The notes under the pieces were generated by a model that worked only from the letters and a program-made list of their open reading frames with translations, was not told the origin of the DNA and made no database searches. A program made the translations under genes and the position numbers. A DNA stretch of 58,300 nt, taken from Psammoneis japonica. Lineage: Eukaryota. Location of the stretch: positions 310,001 through 368,300 of the forward strand of contig QPGO01000084.1 in the NCBI GenBank assembly GCA_008632985.1. Reading direction: 5' to 3'. Positions 26,490 to 38,734 of the stretch are shown in pieces; position 1 is the stretch's first letter; each line of letters starts with the position of its first letter.

Positions 26490-26955
26490 TAATCAACGTC
26501 AATGCTAACGACATTGCTAAAAACATCACACTTGCATTCATCAGGAGACCGTTTTTGGACAATGCTGCTGATGGCACCGCTGCAAAGTAAAGTGGGACGT
26601 GCAGCTGCTGTTGATGATATAGTTTGCCGGAACCAATGTGTGTGAGGACCATGTTTTGATGCAATGTTGCCGTTTAATCTCAGTGCCAATGATGCGTGTA
26701 AAAACATTGCTCTCGCATTCATCAGGAGACCGTTCTTGGACAATGCTGCTGTTGGCACCGTCACAAAGCTAAATGGCACGTGCAGCTGCTGTTGATGATA
26801 TAGTTTGCCGAAAACAACAAGTGTGAGGACCATGTTTTGATGAAACATTGGCGTTCAATGTCAATGCTAACTGCACATGTAAAAACATCGCTCTCGCATT
26901 ATTCAGGAGACCGTTTTGTGACGACCCTGCTGTTGGCTGTTGGCACCGCGGCAAA
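26490..26955. repeat. ~180-bp tandem repeat, about 2.5-3 units
   Basis: catt(c/a)atcaggagaccgtt...gctgttggcaccg recurs near 26535, 26717 and 26897. Confidence 0.85.
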
Positions 26956-27519
26956 AGTTTCAGCATGTTCCCTCGGCGAGTCAAAAGTTAGGAATGCTCG
27001 TTGCTCATTCACTTTGGCTCTTATAGTCAGCTCTCGCGCTGTCTTATAGACATTTTGTGGGAATGGAAAAATGGTGTTCATGAAGTGCATTGTCGTTTGG
27101 TGGTGGCTTTGATGCGCCCAGACCACACCATCTCGTCGTTTTTCACCATGTTCCCTCCACCGAGTCAACAGGTAAGAACACTCGTTGCGCTTTCACTTTA
27201 GCTCACGTAGTCATCACTCACATTGTCTATTAGATACATATGAATGCAAAAACAGTGGTTCAGGGAATGCATTTAGAGGCCCTCTCATGGTTTGTCCAGT
27301 CTCTTCCGTTCGCCGTCGGCATTTTTCGGAAGGTTCGCCACTTCAGTGCGTCATTCCTGTTGCTCTTTTTGTACCTAATTAGCTTAACATTTGCCATAAA
27401 TAACATGACAATGATCTATAAAAAATGACTGTGTTGCACTAGGTTTAGAAGTTCTTCAGACAGGCAGGAGTGACCAGCCACCCCACTGACCTTGACGACC
27501 AAGTGCGCCCAAAAATACC

Positions 27520-28130
27520 AAGTTCCGGCCTCTCCTTGTGCCACCAAGGCCGCAAATTGTAACGGGTCGAACATGTATCTCGTCATCACAATCTAAAGCA
27601 ATGTTGGATGCACTGCCACAATGTTCTGACCGTTTCTAGTCCCACAAGCGACCGGTAACTGCCGACCGAGGACCAAAGCGCGAAACAAAAATGTTGTGTT
27701 CCGGCCTCTTGTTGCACCACCAAGACCGCATATTGCAATGACTCAATCACACATCTCGTCATGACGACCCAAAGCAACACTGGATGCGCTGTTGCAGGTT
27801 TCTACATCGTTTCTAGCCCCACAAGCAACCGGCAACTAGCGAACGGAGAAAACAAAAAGCCGCACCATGTCCATCAAAATGCTAAAGAAACACAAAGCCT
27901 TTAGAAGATGCTGGCAAAACAACAACACCATCATACTCTGCGTATTCGAATCACCTTGTACCAATGCTGTTGACGCCAGAATGTTGTCGCACTGATGGCC
28001 GATTTATGAATAGAGCCAAGTTGCGGAGAAAACAAAAAATCACCCTGTCCGTCTAAATGCCAAAGAAACACAAAACCTTTAGAAGATACCAACAAAAAAC
28101 CAGCACCATCATACTCATTATATTCGAATT
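27520..28130. repeat. Two further ~180-bp dimer repeats
   Basis: ttccggcctc...cccacaagc..ccgg.aact at ~27522 and ~27699; ggagaaaacaaaaa...aaagaaacacaaa.cctttagaagat...caccatcatactc at ~27845 and ~28025. Confidence 0.75.
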
Positions 28131-28479
28131 ACCTTGCATCAATGCTCTTAACCCTGTTACATTTCCCAGTGACGGTGTATTCATGAACGCCGTGCCGCCA
28201 TGGTGTTTTATTCTCGCCTTTTTCACGAGTCGTCCAGACAGTTTTGAGGTTATGGGCTTAAACCACACTACCATACACTGTGTCGCTTCGCGCGTAGAAA
28301 AAATGCACCGTGGCGAGAGCCAATCAGAATTCAGCATTGGGGATTTCTACTTAGGGAAGGTCCTCGGAAAGTCGAGGACTTTCTGACCAATTAATTAACA
28401 TTTTTTCGGAAAATCTGACGCAATCACTTAGGGACGAGGAGGTTGAGACAACGCACCAAAAGCAGACACAAGAATCAGA

Positions 28480-31400
28480 ATGTGCGGAGACCGACTATCT
28501 CTTCCTTTCGCGCCACGGAAAATCACAACAACACAGACTTCTCACGCGATGAGAAAAATTCTCTCACAAAAAAAACCCACGAGAGAGAAAAGTACAATCT
28601 CTACTGGTGCTTCGATGATGACGGACATAACCGAAGAATCTGCTCCAACAAAAGTGGCTGCAGAGCGGCAGCTACATCCTTTCTTTAGCAACATGGGAAT
28701 TCAATCCCAGAAACGCAAAGGCTCCATCAAAACGAGCAAAAGCCAAGCGCACACACGCCAGAAGCGGACGCATCAGAGCGATTTTAGTGGGCGTAAGGTG
28801 CCAAGAGTAGACGACGGAACCAAGACATGCAAGAGATGTGACAAAGGTCCTACATATCATCATGGCCATGATCCCACATGTAAATTTTCAAAGAGGCACT
28901 TGCAAGTGAACGTCACCAAAGCCACCATGGATGCAGAGCGACGTGATAAAGAGCTTCACGAAACAAACAACACGATTCCGGATGCTCCAGAAAAGGGAGT
29001 GTCAACCATACGAGACCATTTTGGAACACAGAAACCTACAGCTCGAGCTGTGTTGCCTCCTCCAGGTGTTTCCAATGTTTGCAAGCCGGTGAATTCGGGG
29101 GTGGCTGATGCTGCAGGCCCCATGGAGCGCGCCGAGAATACCCAGAAGTCGGCCACTGATACTAAATTTTCGGTTGAGACTTTGAAACGAGAGATTCGAG
29201 CACGAGTGAAAAGTATGAGAACTCAGAGGAGAAGACGAAGTGCCCGGCTGCAGTGAGTGCTCTTGTCAGTTATCTGTTGGATTCTGTCAAGCCGAGATTC
29301 GAACAAGGCAGCAACAAGTATCCTGTTGCTACAGCAAAAAGCACTAAACTCAATGAGATTCTGGAGGTCAAGGATGGTGCTTTTCCTCCTGGTACAATAT
29401 CTTTTCAGGTTCCCAAGGATGACTGCACTTCACCGCCTGATTGTTACTACCATCAGCTGCAAGGTATGACAATGTACATCGTTTGTTGGGAGCTGAACTA
29501 TCCCAACATCTATCTCTCCTGCATTGACGGAGAGTGCGACGGGGAAATGATTCATGACCGTATGGACTTTACTCGATATGGTGGAGCGACACCAATGTGT
29601 TGTATCAGCGGGAAGACGCACATGGCGGTGTCAATGTGGTACGAATGCAATAAATGCAAAATTCGATGCAAGGGTAAAGACGGTCGAATGCTACACAAGC
29701 TGCCAAAAAGCCTACAGTCAGCATATCCAACATTGCCTAAGTATGCTAGTGCAAGCAACAAGTGGCATCTCACCAAGGAAACTACAAGACTCCTTGAGTC
29801 CTTTATTGTCACGTACGCAAACGGGGATAAGTTCTCGCACATGCTGCACCAAATGCGAGGCGGCTATTTCGTGGACCTCCAGAAAGAGTACTACGAACGA
29901 GCCACAGACAAAAGCGAAGAGTGGGTGTCTTTTGAGAATTGGATAGGCGGGTACAGCCCATCACCCTCAGCACTTCTTGATCTTTATGACGAATCTGGCG
30001 AATCAAAATTGACGGCTCTTGACACGTCCTCTTATGACAGGTGCACGAGATTGTTGCAGATGGTTGGAGCCGCCGTGAGCGTCGCATCCGACCACACTTT
30101 TCAAATTCTCAAAAACTACTCAAAGAAAGCAGGCGGAGCAGCAGGCCTGTTCACCATGTGCAACGAAAAGGGGCAGGTTGGAACCGCTTGCCTAACCCCA
30201 ACATTGGAAGCAAAAGATTTTGCTCACGCGGCAGAACAGTTTGCCAGGCGAAAGAACGTACGCCCCGAAACTCCACTACAGCGACACCTGGCCGAATAAG
30301 TCTGAGTTGTGGAAGACGATATTCGGAATGAACATAATCTGTCTCCTTGGGCTCTTTCATTGGATGCACCGAATTGTAAGAACGCTCCGAAAAGAACATG
30401 CTGATTATTGGCAAGCTGTCAGTGATCTCAAAGCAACCGTATCATATGCCGAATGGTCCGACCGCCAAGCTGTGATACAAGCCTTGAAGGACAGCACGCT
30501 AAACAACAAGAAGCATTCTGATGAGGAGATACACGATATCATACACTCTTCAAGGTGGAAGCACTACCAGGAATACATTCGTCTCTGGAGGCACCCGCTG
30601 GAGAAAAGGCTCACGTTGCTCGAGGATTGGTTTGCTCGATACAAGTGTACTGCCTCCGATGGAGCCCCCGCTGCTGGAGGGCGTCTAGATCCAGACAGTG
30701 GACTATCGTTATTTACAACCGACACAAAGGATGCAGTTTTGAATGCTAAAGAAACCTCGAAGGGATTGGATACTCCAGTGCCGAAGTCGGAGCAGCACTG
30801 GCCTGTAGCGCCGTCCCTGCGGTCGAAAGCAAAACTGGTGAAGTGGCGAACGCTACTAGGACCCGAATCCAAATTGGAGAAGGCACACGATTCACTGGCA
30901 CATTATGGAAATTGTGGAATGAGACATTCATTGATGGACTTGATTACTTTGGAGGGATTAGTTTTGTACAATGAAACAATTGAAGAGAAGGAGAGAATCG
31001 AGAAAATGGATGCAACGGCGCGAGCCAAGATTCCATATGACTTTCGGGGTGTGGTTACTCATCGGAACGTGCTCAATCTAATCGAAATCAACAAGCTAGC
31101 AACAAAGATGGGGAAGAAAGCGCCCTGTCCAGATGTAAGGGAACTCGAGGCGGACACCGGCGAGCGTTTTCTGTCCAAGTACCTGCGGGAGCAGAATGCC
31201 AGAAATGAAACAATTGCTCCACACCCCGAGACAGATCGATGTATGTGCAATCTCTGTGGGACAAAACCGGTCGTAAATCCATACAAGCGAAAAACAAGAT
31301 CAGAAGCTGGAAACCGTGAAGACGAGGAAACTGCAGCGGCGCCAACCGTTGAACCTACAAGTGGTGTTGTGGAAATTGCGATGGCTCCCGAGGTGACGGT

Positions 31401-31746
31401 TGAACCTGTGTGCATGGATGACACTCCAGTGCTCAATGCAGCTCATGTTCAAGTCGAGAAGCAGTTCAACATGCTGCAAGCCATGAGAAGCACCCTAGCA
31501 CAGCAGCTTGCTTTTGCATCGAGCATGAGTGCAGCCCTCCCATCTGTTCCATATCAAGTGCAACCGGCTCTTTCAATTCTTAATGATCCGATACGGGATC
31601 AAAGGAAGCAGGACATTGATCATTACTGTTGTCCTGTCTTCTTACAATACAAGCTGCAGCAAAGCTACAGTGTGACGGGGTGCCGACCAAGAGGTCGACC
31701 AGCGCATTCTAAGGATTGCCCAAAGAGACAGCAGTCAACAAGGTAG
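28480..31746 (+). mobile_element. Mutator-like / DUF6729-type DDE transposase gene split over three overlapping ORFs (28480-29256, 29253-30299, 30220-31746)
   Basis: SDHTF (D1), YSDTWP (D2), LGLFHWMHRI (xxH motif), ESKLEKAHDSLAH (E), upstream YECNKC; two single frameshifts. Confidence 0.6.
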
Positions 31747-33351
31747 ATATTATCATTACTAGGTATATTTATGTATTACTACTTTTGTTGACATTCTCTT
31801 GAGACAGCTAGAAGCGATCTAGACTCGCGATGCACAGCAGTGATTTCGAAATAGAGCTTGAGTTTCATGAGTTTGAATTCACTATTTTATTTATTTCCTA
31901 CCACACTTCTATTACTATTGGCTGTTGTATCCTCCACATACTTTGTCACAATGACACACCAAACCACCACCTTTCGAGGGCAGGTGAACCCTATCGCAAC
32001 GGAGATTCGGGTCTGCGGCGGTTGAAGGCACTCCCGTCCTTGGAAGTGCCAGTCAACGCCTCACCGGGGAGCAACCCCTTGGCTCTCGTTGGCCGTCTCA
32101 ATATTCAGAGGTGGGGGGCACCGGCATCCCAGGCCACATGAACATTATTGCAGAAAAAAATTACCGAGGCGCAGCTGCAGTCGGCAGCCTCGGCAGTGGC
32201 CCGTGTTATTTAAAGACGAGGGCAACCTCGTCTGCCGCTTATACACGGACTTTTCCAAAAGTGGTAGATTGTAGATTAAAAAACGACACAAACCACACCC
32301 ACAATCAATGTGTGGCCATCAATCCCTTCAACCGCATGCCAATGGCACCTGCGGCAGTTGCCGCAAGCAGCGACATTCCAAAAATCCTGAAACGTCACCA
32401 CGATGACTAGAAAACCCTCATTGACGACTGGTAAAGAGTCGACTGGAGCCACAACGATTGCAATACAAAACAACAGCAAGAGACACACCAAAAATAATCC
32501 AATCTTAAAGGAGGGCTCTTAAATCTGTCAAGAACGAACGGAAATTGTAACGCAAGAGGTGAGTGACGAGTTGTAAAAATGGAAAAAGTACCAATGCATT
32601 TCCTATCCATTTTTTGCCTTTTTCATACCTCTCTTTTCACATATTCATTTATCAGAGAGAATTGTAATGCGTACTTTGTTGGTACAGCAGCAGCACAAGT
32701 GACGGCGACAGCGTCGACTGCCGGCTCTTGCGGCTGTCATGGTCGATTTTTTGTGTTGTGTCGGAACACCTGAAGTGCGTAGAATGTTACGTAGAAATTA
32801 TACTATGAATACTTCAACACCACAATGTCGTTTCAGTGCGAGGCACTGATTTACTTCAACGTGCGAGTCACCCGGAGATCTGACACATCGGGTTGCAAAA
32901 ATGGGGAAAGAAATGAGATTCGCTCTCCAAACCACTTCCACATTTTAGATCAAGCTCGCTGCCCTCGCAACCCCTTCCTCTCTCCCTTTCTTTCTCCCTC
33001 TTCCTCCTTCTTTCTCCCCTCCCCTCCCCCCCTCTCTTGGAGTCACTGACCCCCCCAAAAAAACCAGCTACAGTATGGGTGGCGGGCTGTTTTTTCTCTT
33101 TTTCGATGTACGTATTAGCTGGGTGTTGGCTGTTCTGTTTACCACGTCGTTCACTTGCATCTCAACTTCTTCTGGGAGTACTTTGGGAGAATGATCGAGC
33201 GATATAGATCCATGGAAACGAGCGACGAACGATTCTGATTGATTCGAAACGAAAGACGACAAAGAACGTTGTGTCTTCACCACGAGGGATCGCTTTCAGC
33301 GAGCGTATCGCTCGCGGTGTAGAGAGTTCGACAGAGTGTTTCTAAAGAAAG

Positions 33352-34840
33352 ATGAAGCTCATTTGGTTGCTTGAGCTGCTGTTCGCTGGGGCTTTTACAG
33401 CAGCACGGGGTGAATGCCAGGAACCTAGCTGTGATGCTTTGCCTCAAGTCAATGCCTCCATCGATGTTCAGTCCGTCTGTGCAGAGATAGAATACGCGGT
33501 TTTGGAAGATCTATTTTCTGATGAGATCGAAGAAGACGCTGATCTGTGTAGAGAAGCACAGCAAGTCTACCATAAGTGCTTCTGGTGCGCTGAGAATGTG
33601 ACGGGTGAATTTTGCTTTTCTCACAGTGTAGCCCGCCTGACACACCGGATACAAGTGTCAATGTGACGAAGACGTGCGCCGAGCTTGAGGAGTTGTTCTT
33701 GAGAGACGAATGGCCAGCTACAATTGACTTATGCTACCGTGCGGAGCAAGCCTTGTCGAACTGTCCGGATTATTTAGGTTGCTTTGGCGAATCATATTTG
33801 GGCGCAGACACAACTGCAAAGAAGCGAGCACTCATCTGGCTTTCCCGTTCTGCTGCAATCCTTTCTTTTTTCGGGGCGTCGTACATTATTTTTCATGTGC
33901 TTTCTTCGAAAAAGAACCGCCAAAACACGTATCATGAAATACTTGGATTCATGGCATGCTTTGACTTGTCCACCGCTGTTGCCTGGAGTTTTGCCACGGC
34001 GCCCATTCCGAAGGGCGATGGAGGCGATCATATCTATGGTGTCAGCGGAAGCGAAGCAGCTTGCAAGGCTCAAGCGTTTTTTGTACAACTGGGACTTACA
34101 TCAGTATTCTACAATGTATCTCTATCGGCATACTATGTCCTTGTGATTTGCCGTCGTTGGAGCGAACACGACCTAAAAGAATCAGGATAGTCCTACACGG
34201 AATACCGCTTTGTGTCGGCATTGGCTTGGCGTTAGGAGCTCTTTCTCAATACGATTGGGTCGAATATGGGTGTCACTTCCGACCATACCCAGATGGCAAA
34301 TTCTGGGTATCGTTTGTTTTTTTCGTTCTACCGATTTCACTTTCCATTATAACAATCACGGTGAATATGGTGTTTGTGTATTGCACGGTCCGGGGTCAAG
34401 CACGAGCGACGAGACGTTGGCTTTTCGGTGTGGGTCGCAGCGGAACGTTAGAGCGAGAAGTGTTCTGGCAATGCCTCTGGTATGTCGTGGCGTTTTACAT
34501 CACCTGGCCGATACAATTTGCCGTCTACCTGGGTTCGTTAGATTGGGAAAGTTATGCGGTCGCAGCGATCATGTCTTTTGTTGCTCCGCTACAGAGTTTC
34601 AACAACTTTCTGGTGTATGTTCGTCCGCATGTTCGAAACCACAGAAAGAAAAGGAGACGAGCACGCGGGCAGAGAAGGTCTTCCTCGGAGAGTGGCGAAG
34701 CCTCTCGTTTTTGGAAACGAATGCTGTCGATGGTCACGTCACCACCCACAGAAACATCGTCCAATAGCCTGTCGGAGGCGGGGTCTTCATCTGCATTTCC
34801 TGATGATCCATCTGCACAAGTTGCGATTCAAAATGCATGA
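33352..34840 (+). pseudogene. 7TM GPCR-like membrane protein (Git3/cAMP-receptor-like) with two frameshifts
   Basis: Signal peptide, Cys-rich ectodomain, hydrophobic helices LSFFGASYII, CKAQAFFVQLG..SVFYNVSLSAYY, VFWQCLWYVVAFYITW, PLQSFNNFLVYVRP; frame breaks at ~33630 and ~34185 could be assembly indels. Confidence 0.75.
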
Positions 34841-35129
34841 AGGACCCTAAAGAAAAATGTGCAACGCCGACAGTTTCAGGAGGACTTTCGCGGAGAACGA
34901 CTACCTTCGAGTGCGTTGAAACAGATGCGAAGAAGATGAAATACCAAAGGACCCAGCTTGTCTGAAAAGCAAGGGCGAACAATGACGATCAAATTGACTT
35001 GATCTTTCGAGGCGAGGTCAAGCACATGCAAACTCTGCCTTAGCTAGAACATATCTGACTTCATATATTCTTGAAGACACCGTATGTATGGATGACACCT
35101 CACACTGTCACAACACCTAGCAGTAGGTT

Positions 35130-35700
35130 TTAAGCCTTTAGAGAAGACAAACCCATTGTCTCCTCCAACACGACAACGCGATCCGCTATCGAAGAGTCGG
35201 GCGTGGGAACCAATCCAAGTTCTTTCTCAAAATATTCGATGCGTTCGAAAAGGAAACTTTCTTTGGGAATAGAGAGCCCTGATTCTTTCTCAATACGATC
35301 AAGTCGCTGTTTGATGGAACGCTGAACCGGAGTGACTTTCGGTAACTTAGCTGAGGTAGTATGCTTTTCCTCGACGGCTGATGCCCTATCGACTTTTGAA
35401 TTTGGATTCCTGCCACTCCGTTCAAGAATGCGCTTCACTGTGTGTCCATCTCTTTCAAACTGCTCATACATATCTTTGTAGGAGGTAAACATGTTGACGT
35501 TTACAACTTCATCTTTTTTGGTAACACCTGGGGCACGGTAAACATAGCCATCACCTCGCCTCTGCCACTTCCAACCTGCCGGCTGTAGATCCCCTAACCA
35601 GATGTTGGTTCCTTTTTGCTCTTTTTCGATATCCAACTCTTCCTTTGCGTTCCCCTTTACGTATCCCGGTTGCCAAAGACCAAAACACTCGTTCTTACAC
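35130..35700 (-). CDS. Hypothetical protein C-terminal fragment
   Basis: Protein-like stretch GWKWQ...YVYRAPG and a repeated RLDRIEKESGL / RIEYFEKELGL / RVVVLEETMGL motif; no credible start. Confidence 0.35.
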
Positions 35701-35734
35701 ACTTCCACAAAGTCAGGCTCTGTCGTTTCTCTAT

Positions 35735-36221
35735 TATCCAGTGTTTTTTTTGCATTGACAGGCATGGTACAAAACTTGTCGGCCGATGCCGCCCTGGAAC
35801 GAGCCAAGCAAAACTTTTTGCCCCTCATGCAACATAACTTGCTCTTTTGGATACCCATTCAATTTATACAGTTTAGTTTTATCCAAGAGAGTTTGCAAAT
35901 TCCGTTTCTGTCGGTATGCGGCCTGTGTTGGACTTTTGGCTCTCTGTTCTTGCCGGCTCGACCAAGGAATTCAAAGAGGAAGAACCATACTGTGTCACTG
36001 GAATGGAGGGTGAATGTATTCTTCCCGACGACTTGTTTCCGCACACGACTGCAGAAGAGATTGGCATTGAGTTGAAGCACGAGTTGGAAGAGATTACTCA
36101 CGAGATTGAAGTGATTGGACACGACATTGCCCATTTAGTCTTTTACCAAGATGAAGTAGAGCAAAGTGTGGTAGAGGGGAATGCCGAATCGGAAAAGGAG
36201 GATGAAATGGCTTTCAAGTAG
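35735..36221 (+). pseudogene. Mpv17/PMP22-family membrane protein, 5'-truncated and frameshifted
   Basis: FFALTGMVQ...ALERAKQNFLPLMQHNLLFWIPIQFIQFSFIQESLQIPFLSVCGLCWTF, continuing in another frame as LSVLAGST. Confidence 0.75.
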
Positions 36222-36565
36222 ACTGTTACGCCTCTATCTGTAGCAGTGCACTACAGTTCGAAAAGAACGCAAGGAGCAGTGTTGCCTTTTCCTTTTAGCT
36301 ACAGACGCCTATGCTAGAGTAGTAAACGATGAAAATCTTGCTCTAACTAGTGTTATAGAACGGGCTATCGAAGATAAGAGACTCTCTTCTCTCTAGCTAG
36401 CTAGAGTAGAGAGTAGGCCTAATCAGATTCAACTACCGGTATTATTTAGTCGATGGAGTCAAATAGGTGCTGAGCTGTTCGCAGAACCCACTCATTTTTC
36501 TCCTCACTTTTTCTTTTTTCTCTCGCTCACATTTTTCCATATTCTCTGTCGACGAAACAAACACC

Positions 36566-38734
36566 ATGGCCAAGTACAAGCGCCGCTATCCTCAAAAGAA
36601 GCAGGGCGATGAGAGATATGTTGTAAAATTAGAGCAAGAGATTGAGAGTCTGGAACAGCGGATTGCTGCAGAAGCTCCTGATCGAGGGTATACTCCTCCG
36701 CTTGGTCAGCAGGTTTCGTTTCGAGCGCTGCCCTTGTCGGAAGCAACGTTGCGTGGATTGGATGGAGCTAACTTTGTCACCATGACTGAAATACAAAACG
36801 CTTGTATTCCTCATGCGCTGTGTGGTAGAGACATTTTAGGCGCAGCACGAACGGGCTCGGGAAAAACTCTTGCGTTTCTGGTGCCTGTTATTGAAAAACT
36901 GTTTCGCTCGAAATACACTCCATCCCACGGGCCTGGTGCTCTTGTTCTAAGTCCGACTCGCGAGCTTGCGGTGCAGATCTTTCAAGTTTTGAAAAAGGTG
37001 GGACAGCATCATACATTGTCAGCTGGACTTACTAGTAGTGGGCGGCAAAAAAGAGTATCATGTCGAACAACAGCATGTCGGATCCACAAATATCCTCGTG
37101 GCTACACCGGGACGTTTGTTGCAGCACTTGGAACACACACCAAACTTTGACGCGCTACAAATCTTGGAATATCTACCGAGCGAACGACAAACTTTGTTGT
37201 TTTCTGCAACGCAGACGAAACGAGTTTCTGATTTGGCGGCGTTGTCTTTGAAAAAGCCCGAATACCTTGGTGTACATGATAAGGAGTCAACATCTACTCC
37301 ATCCAATCTGGTTCAGTCTGTCGTTGTGGTTCCTCTCGAGCACAAGCTCAACATGGTATATTCCTTTATCAAGTCACATCTCAAGTCAAAATCGATTATA
37401 TTCTTGGCGTCGTGTTAGTAAGTACGCTTTGCGTGGCAGCTCTTTTGTGCGCTTCAACCCGGTATTCCCGTCATGGCATTGCATGGCAAGCTGGTATAAA
37501 CCAAACGAACCTCTATTTATTTTGACGTTGTCCATCGACCCAACGCCGTCTTGTTTGCGACAGACGTCGTAGCGCGCGGGTTGGACTTTGCAAGTGTCGA
37601 TTGGGTCGTTCAAGTGGATACGCCCGAAGACCAAGACATGTATATTCATCGCGTGGGACGAAAAGCACGGTCCAATCGTGGTGGAAAGTCGTAGTTGTGT
37701 GTCACGCCACAAGAAGAAGCCGGCATGTTGGAATTGCTGAGCAAGTCTCGCGTGCCGTTGAAAAGTTGGCCATGATCCCAACCAAGACGGTTCTTGTTAC
37801 CCAACGTGCAGCCTCGCTTGTCGCGTCAAATCCTAAGCTACAATCGCTTGCGAAGAAAGCGTTTCAGTCCTATCTACGATCGATTCATTTAATGCCAAAT
37901 AAGGAAATATTCAAGTTGGATGACTTGGCCGTGAACGAGTTTGCCACTTCTCTGTGACTACCCTTTACTCCCAACCTTCGATTTCTACCAAAACTCAAGG
38001 ATCGCACGCAGGTGCGCAAATCCAAAAATGTCAATCACAAGCTTCAAAAGCTCAAGGAGCAAATCAAGGCGGAAAAGTTGGCGAAAAAGATTGCTAAACT
38101 CGACAACAAGAAGCGTCCGCTGACAAGTACAAACATGGAAGAGAACGAAGAGGACGACTTGTTGGTTGTTAAGCAACGGCATGACTGGAGCAAGGAGGAT
38201 GTTGACGCAACCGAGGGTGGCATTCATGAAGTTACCAAATCTCGAAAGGCAAAGAGAATCAAGGTCGATGGAGGTTCAGATATCAAGAATAAACGAATCG
38301 TCTTTGATGACGATGGGCAGGAACAGGATCCTACAATGCTTTCCTTGAAAAATATGGACACTATGCATCAGGTACCGGACTCGTTGGCGGATGCAAATCA
38401 ATCCTATGTCGACAAGGTGCGTCAGCAGTTGGAGGATAATATGAAGCAGGATCGTCAACAGGAAAAAGAGCGAGTACGGGAAATGCATTTGCAGAAACGA
38501 ATCAAAGCAAAGGGCGCATTGGATGAGCAGCAGCAGGATACTGGCATGATGGTGACTCTTGGCGGACATAGTGACGACGAGGTGTCTAATAGTAGTAGTA
38601 GCAGCGACGAGGAGGGCGATTCAGAATCGTCGGCATCATCATCAAGTAGTAGCGATGATCGGGATGCTCGTGGCAGCGTAGACGTCAAGGCGCAAGAAGA
38701 CATGGCCCTGGCCATGATTCGAAAAGGCGTGTAG
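36566..38734 (+). pseudogene. DBP4: DEAD-box RNA helicase DBP4/DDX10 pseudogene
   Basis: Q motif, GAARTGSGKTLAF, SPTRELA, ATPGRLLQH, LFSATQ, ARGLDF..VDWVVQ, YIHRVGR, AKKAFQSYLRSIHL; DEAD motif deleted, several in-frame stops and frameshifts. Confidence 0.92.

Noticed and set aside
31949..32410. Small ORF(s) downstream of the transposase-like gene
   Set aside because: Needs a frameshift and has no recognisable homology
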